A stretch of DNA of 63,870 nucleotides, the filler included, from Octopus bimaculoides (lineage: Eukaryota): NCBI RefSeq assembly GCF_001194135.2. It is 5 parts of 4 records of this genome, joined end to end, with 100 filler letters (N's around TTAATTAATTAA, not from the genome) between each part and the next. Parts side by side here need not be neighbours in the genome. Positions count along the whole stretch, not along the records: positions 60,827 to 63,870 come from NW_026310492.1; 4 more parts are not named here. One strand, written 5' to 3'. The position numbers were made by a program, and so were the translations under genes. Below the pieces are notes generated by a model, which was not told the origin of the DNA, searched no databases, and was given only the letters and a program-made list of their open reading frames with translations. Shown piece by piece: positions 61,374-63,870 of this stretch (position 1 is the first letter of the stretch; each line of letters opens with the position of its first letter).

Positions 61374-62207
61374 GTTTTAGGGAAAATAACCAAGTTTCAA
61401 GAACTCATCGATGAAAATCCACTATCACATATAGAAAAATAAAGCTCAATTTAATTTTGATTTTTTATAAATTGATTTTAATTGAGTTTTTACCTGTAAT
61501 TTTGGATTTTGTCCCNNNNNNNNNNNNNNNNNNNNNNNNNNNNNNNNNNNNNNNNNNNNNNNNNNNNNNNNNNNNNNNNNNNNNNNNNNNNNNNNNNNNN
61601 NNNNNNNNNNNNNNNNNNNNNNNNNNNNNNNNNNNNNNNNNNNNNNNNNNNNNNNNNNNNNNNNNNNNNNNNNNNNNNNNNNNNNNNNNNNNNNNNNNNN
61701 NNNNNNNNNNNNNNNNNNNNNNNNNNNNNNNNNNNNNNNNNNNNNNNNNNNNNNNNNNNNNNNNNNNNNNNNNNNNNNNNNNNNNNNNNNNNNNNNNNNN
61801 NNNNNNNNNNNNNNNNNNNNNNNNNNNNNNNNNNNNNNNNNNNNNNNNNNNNNNNNNNNNNNNNNNNNNNNNNNNNNNNNNNNNNNNNNNNNNNNNNNNN
61901 NNNNNNNNNNNNNNNNNNNNNNNNNNNNNNNNNNNNNNNNNNNNNNNNNNNNNNNNNNNNNNNNNNNNNNNNNNNNNNNNNNNNNNNNNNNNNNNNNNNN
62001 NNNNNNNNNNNNNNNNNNNNNNNNNNNNNNNNNNNNNNNNNNNNNNNNNNNNNNNNNNNNNNNNNNNNNNNNNNNNNNNNNNNNNNNNNNNNNNNNNNNN
62101 NNNNNNNNNNNNNNNNNNNNNNNNNNNNNNNNNNNNNNNNNNNNNNNNNNNNNNNNNNNNNNNNNNNNNNNNNNNNNNNNNNNNNNNNNNNNNNNNNNNN
62201 NNNNNNN

Positions 62208-62255
<48 letters not shown>

Positions 62256-62279
62256 GATAGATAGATATATGCGCATGCA

Positions 62280-62392
62280 CACACTACATTACACACACTA
62301 CATTACATTATACACACTGCATTACACACACTACACTACACACACTACATTACACACACTACACTACACACACTACACTACACACATTACAT
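62280..62392. repeat. (ACACT/ACATT)n low-complexity repeat
   Basis: Direct inspection. Confidence 0.85.
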
Positions 62393-63490
62393 GTTAAGTT
62401 TGTTTGTGAATTGTTCAAGTCTGTGTCTCGGTATTCTGAATTGTCTTTCATTCTAGTTAAGTGGAAAGTGTTTGTGGAGATTAAGGATATTGATAGTGGT
62501 TTTTCTTCGTAGATAATCTCATTAGTCTTGGATATCGCTTAGATACTGGTGTCTAGTTTTGGGCGGTTCTGTGGCTTACATACATAAACACACATATACG
62601 CGCGCTCAAACCCACACACAATACATACATACATACATACGTACGTACGTACAAAGAATTAGCAAGAGAATCTATGCCTACTGAATGAATGCAGAAACTA
62701 TTTGCTTTCAAAGCTTTGATTTTCAACTTTCTTGACATGAGAAATATGAAGGCTACAAAATTATAATCTCTGGTTACCTACTAACCGTTCTTAAAGGATT
62801 TCTATGGGCCTCTGTTTGAATACAACTATCTATACCCTGGAGTATTCACACATAAAACAATCAAAAACAGTGTGCTTCAAGTAATTGAGTTGATAGACGA
62901 AAAATGTTTCATATTTCATAAATGTATTTCAGCAGGGCGAGTTAATTCTAACTCGTCTAGCAATTAAATCTCACCCCGAGTCAATTAAATACATATCTTT
63001 ATGGATCACAAGGCTAGGAAAGACAATTTGGCTTCGATTTACTTTCAATTGAGAAAAGTTCGCTGATGCAAATGAGGCTAGGAAACTCATTACATAACGA
63101 AATTATAGAACAGTTTATTTCAAAGAATAGAATGGAACTTATATACAAGAGAATTAAGTGTATTTGTTGCCTTTATCTTAATTTATGCATAATATAACAC
63201 CCATTTCTTATTTATAAATTTCTACAAAGCATGGAATACGAGAAATTCAGATTATTTATACATTATTCATATCATTTGCAATTTCCAATCTGTGTTATAT
63301 ATAGAAACATTCTAAGGTTTGTATGTTTACCTGTAGAATGTAACAATGGAAGCATCGAGAATATGTAAATGAGTTTTGTAGAAACGATGCGTTTCGAATA
63401 TTAATCTAGTCGTAAATAATAGCTTATAATATGCAGGGTTAATCTAGTTGTATATAAATGTATAATACATAGGGTTAATCCAGTTATAAA

Positions 63491-63580
63491 TATTAGGTTA
63501 TAATATATGGAGCTAAAAAACTCTGGTTGGTTAAATATTAGGTTATAATATATGGAGCTAAAAAACTCGGGTTGGTTAAA
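63491..63580. repeat. 45-bp tandem duplication preceded by diverged related units
   Basis: TATTAGGTTATAATATATGGAGCTAAAAAACTC(T/G)GGTTGGTTAAA x2. Confidence 0.85.
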
Positions 63581-63870
63581 AGCCGAAAGTCTTTTTTTTA
63601 CATCAAAGGTGTAACTGGATTGGCATGAGAGGCAAACTTAAAGTAAATATTCTATTTACGATGTATATTGTTTTGTGTAATATTTAAGTCAGACTTGTAC
63701 AGTTAGCACGGTTTTACAGTGCATAACCTACTACAATAACCACCATACAAAAGTGATTTGAGTATGTAATATATATAAGACAAAGAAAGAAAGACAAACT
63801 GAGAAAAAAAATGGGATAATCATATATATATAGTGTAGTATATTGCCACTTAAGTGTGGCTGACCCCTAG

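Noticed and set aside
1-63870. CRISPR arrays, operons, rRNA or prokaryote-type systems
   Set aside because: The sequence is intron-containing animal DNA; no regularly spaced repeat-spacer array or rRNA similarity was seen.

Overview
This is a repeat-rich animal genomic window, most likely Octopus (inferred from the SINE/LINE families and dense microsatellites). It is stitched from five source scaffolds by four identical synthetic 100-bp linkers (N44-TTAATTAATTAA-N44) and has many other N gaps. Two real genes can be supported. (1) The last five coding exons of PLAA/Doa1/Ufd3 lie on + (14180-14402, 16328-16375, 22555-22632, 25352-25495, 31554-32134). They splice GT-AG into one open frame of 357 aa covering the PFU and PUL domains. 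(2) One internal exon of a PPM1L-like PP2C phosphatase lies on - (9354-9522). The two genes point away from each other, and both 5' ends are missing exactly across the first linker. The rest is transposon-derived: RTE-clade LINEs (one family carries a PHD-like C4HC3 insert inside the RT), a CR1-like 3' fragment, several tRNA-derived SINE families, a decayed hAT/Buster and a MULE transposase, four mariner derivatives, and long-inverted-repeat MITE/foldback elements. The most unusual element is a palindromic, tRNA-headed repeat carrying a hammerhead-ribozyme-like core (two copies, 7929-8260 and 30517-30870). Most ORFs in the supplied track are microsatellite, gap or antisense artefacts. All alignments were made by eye.
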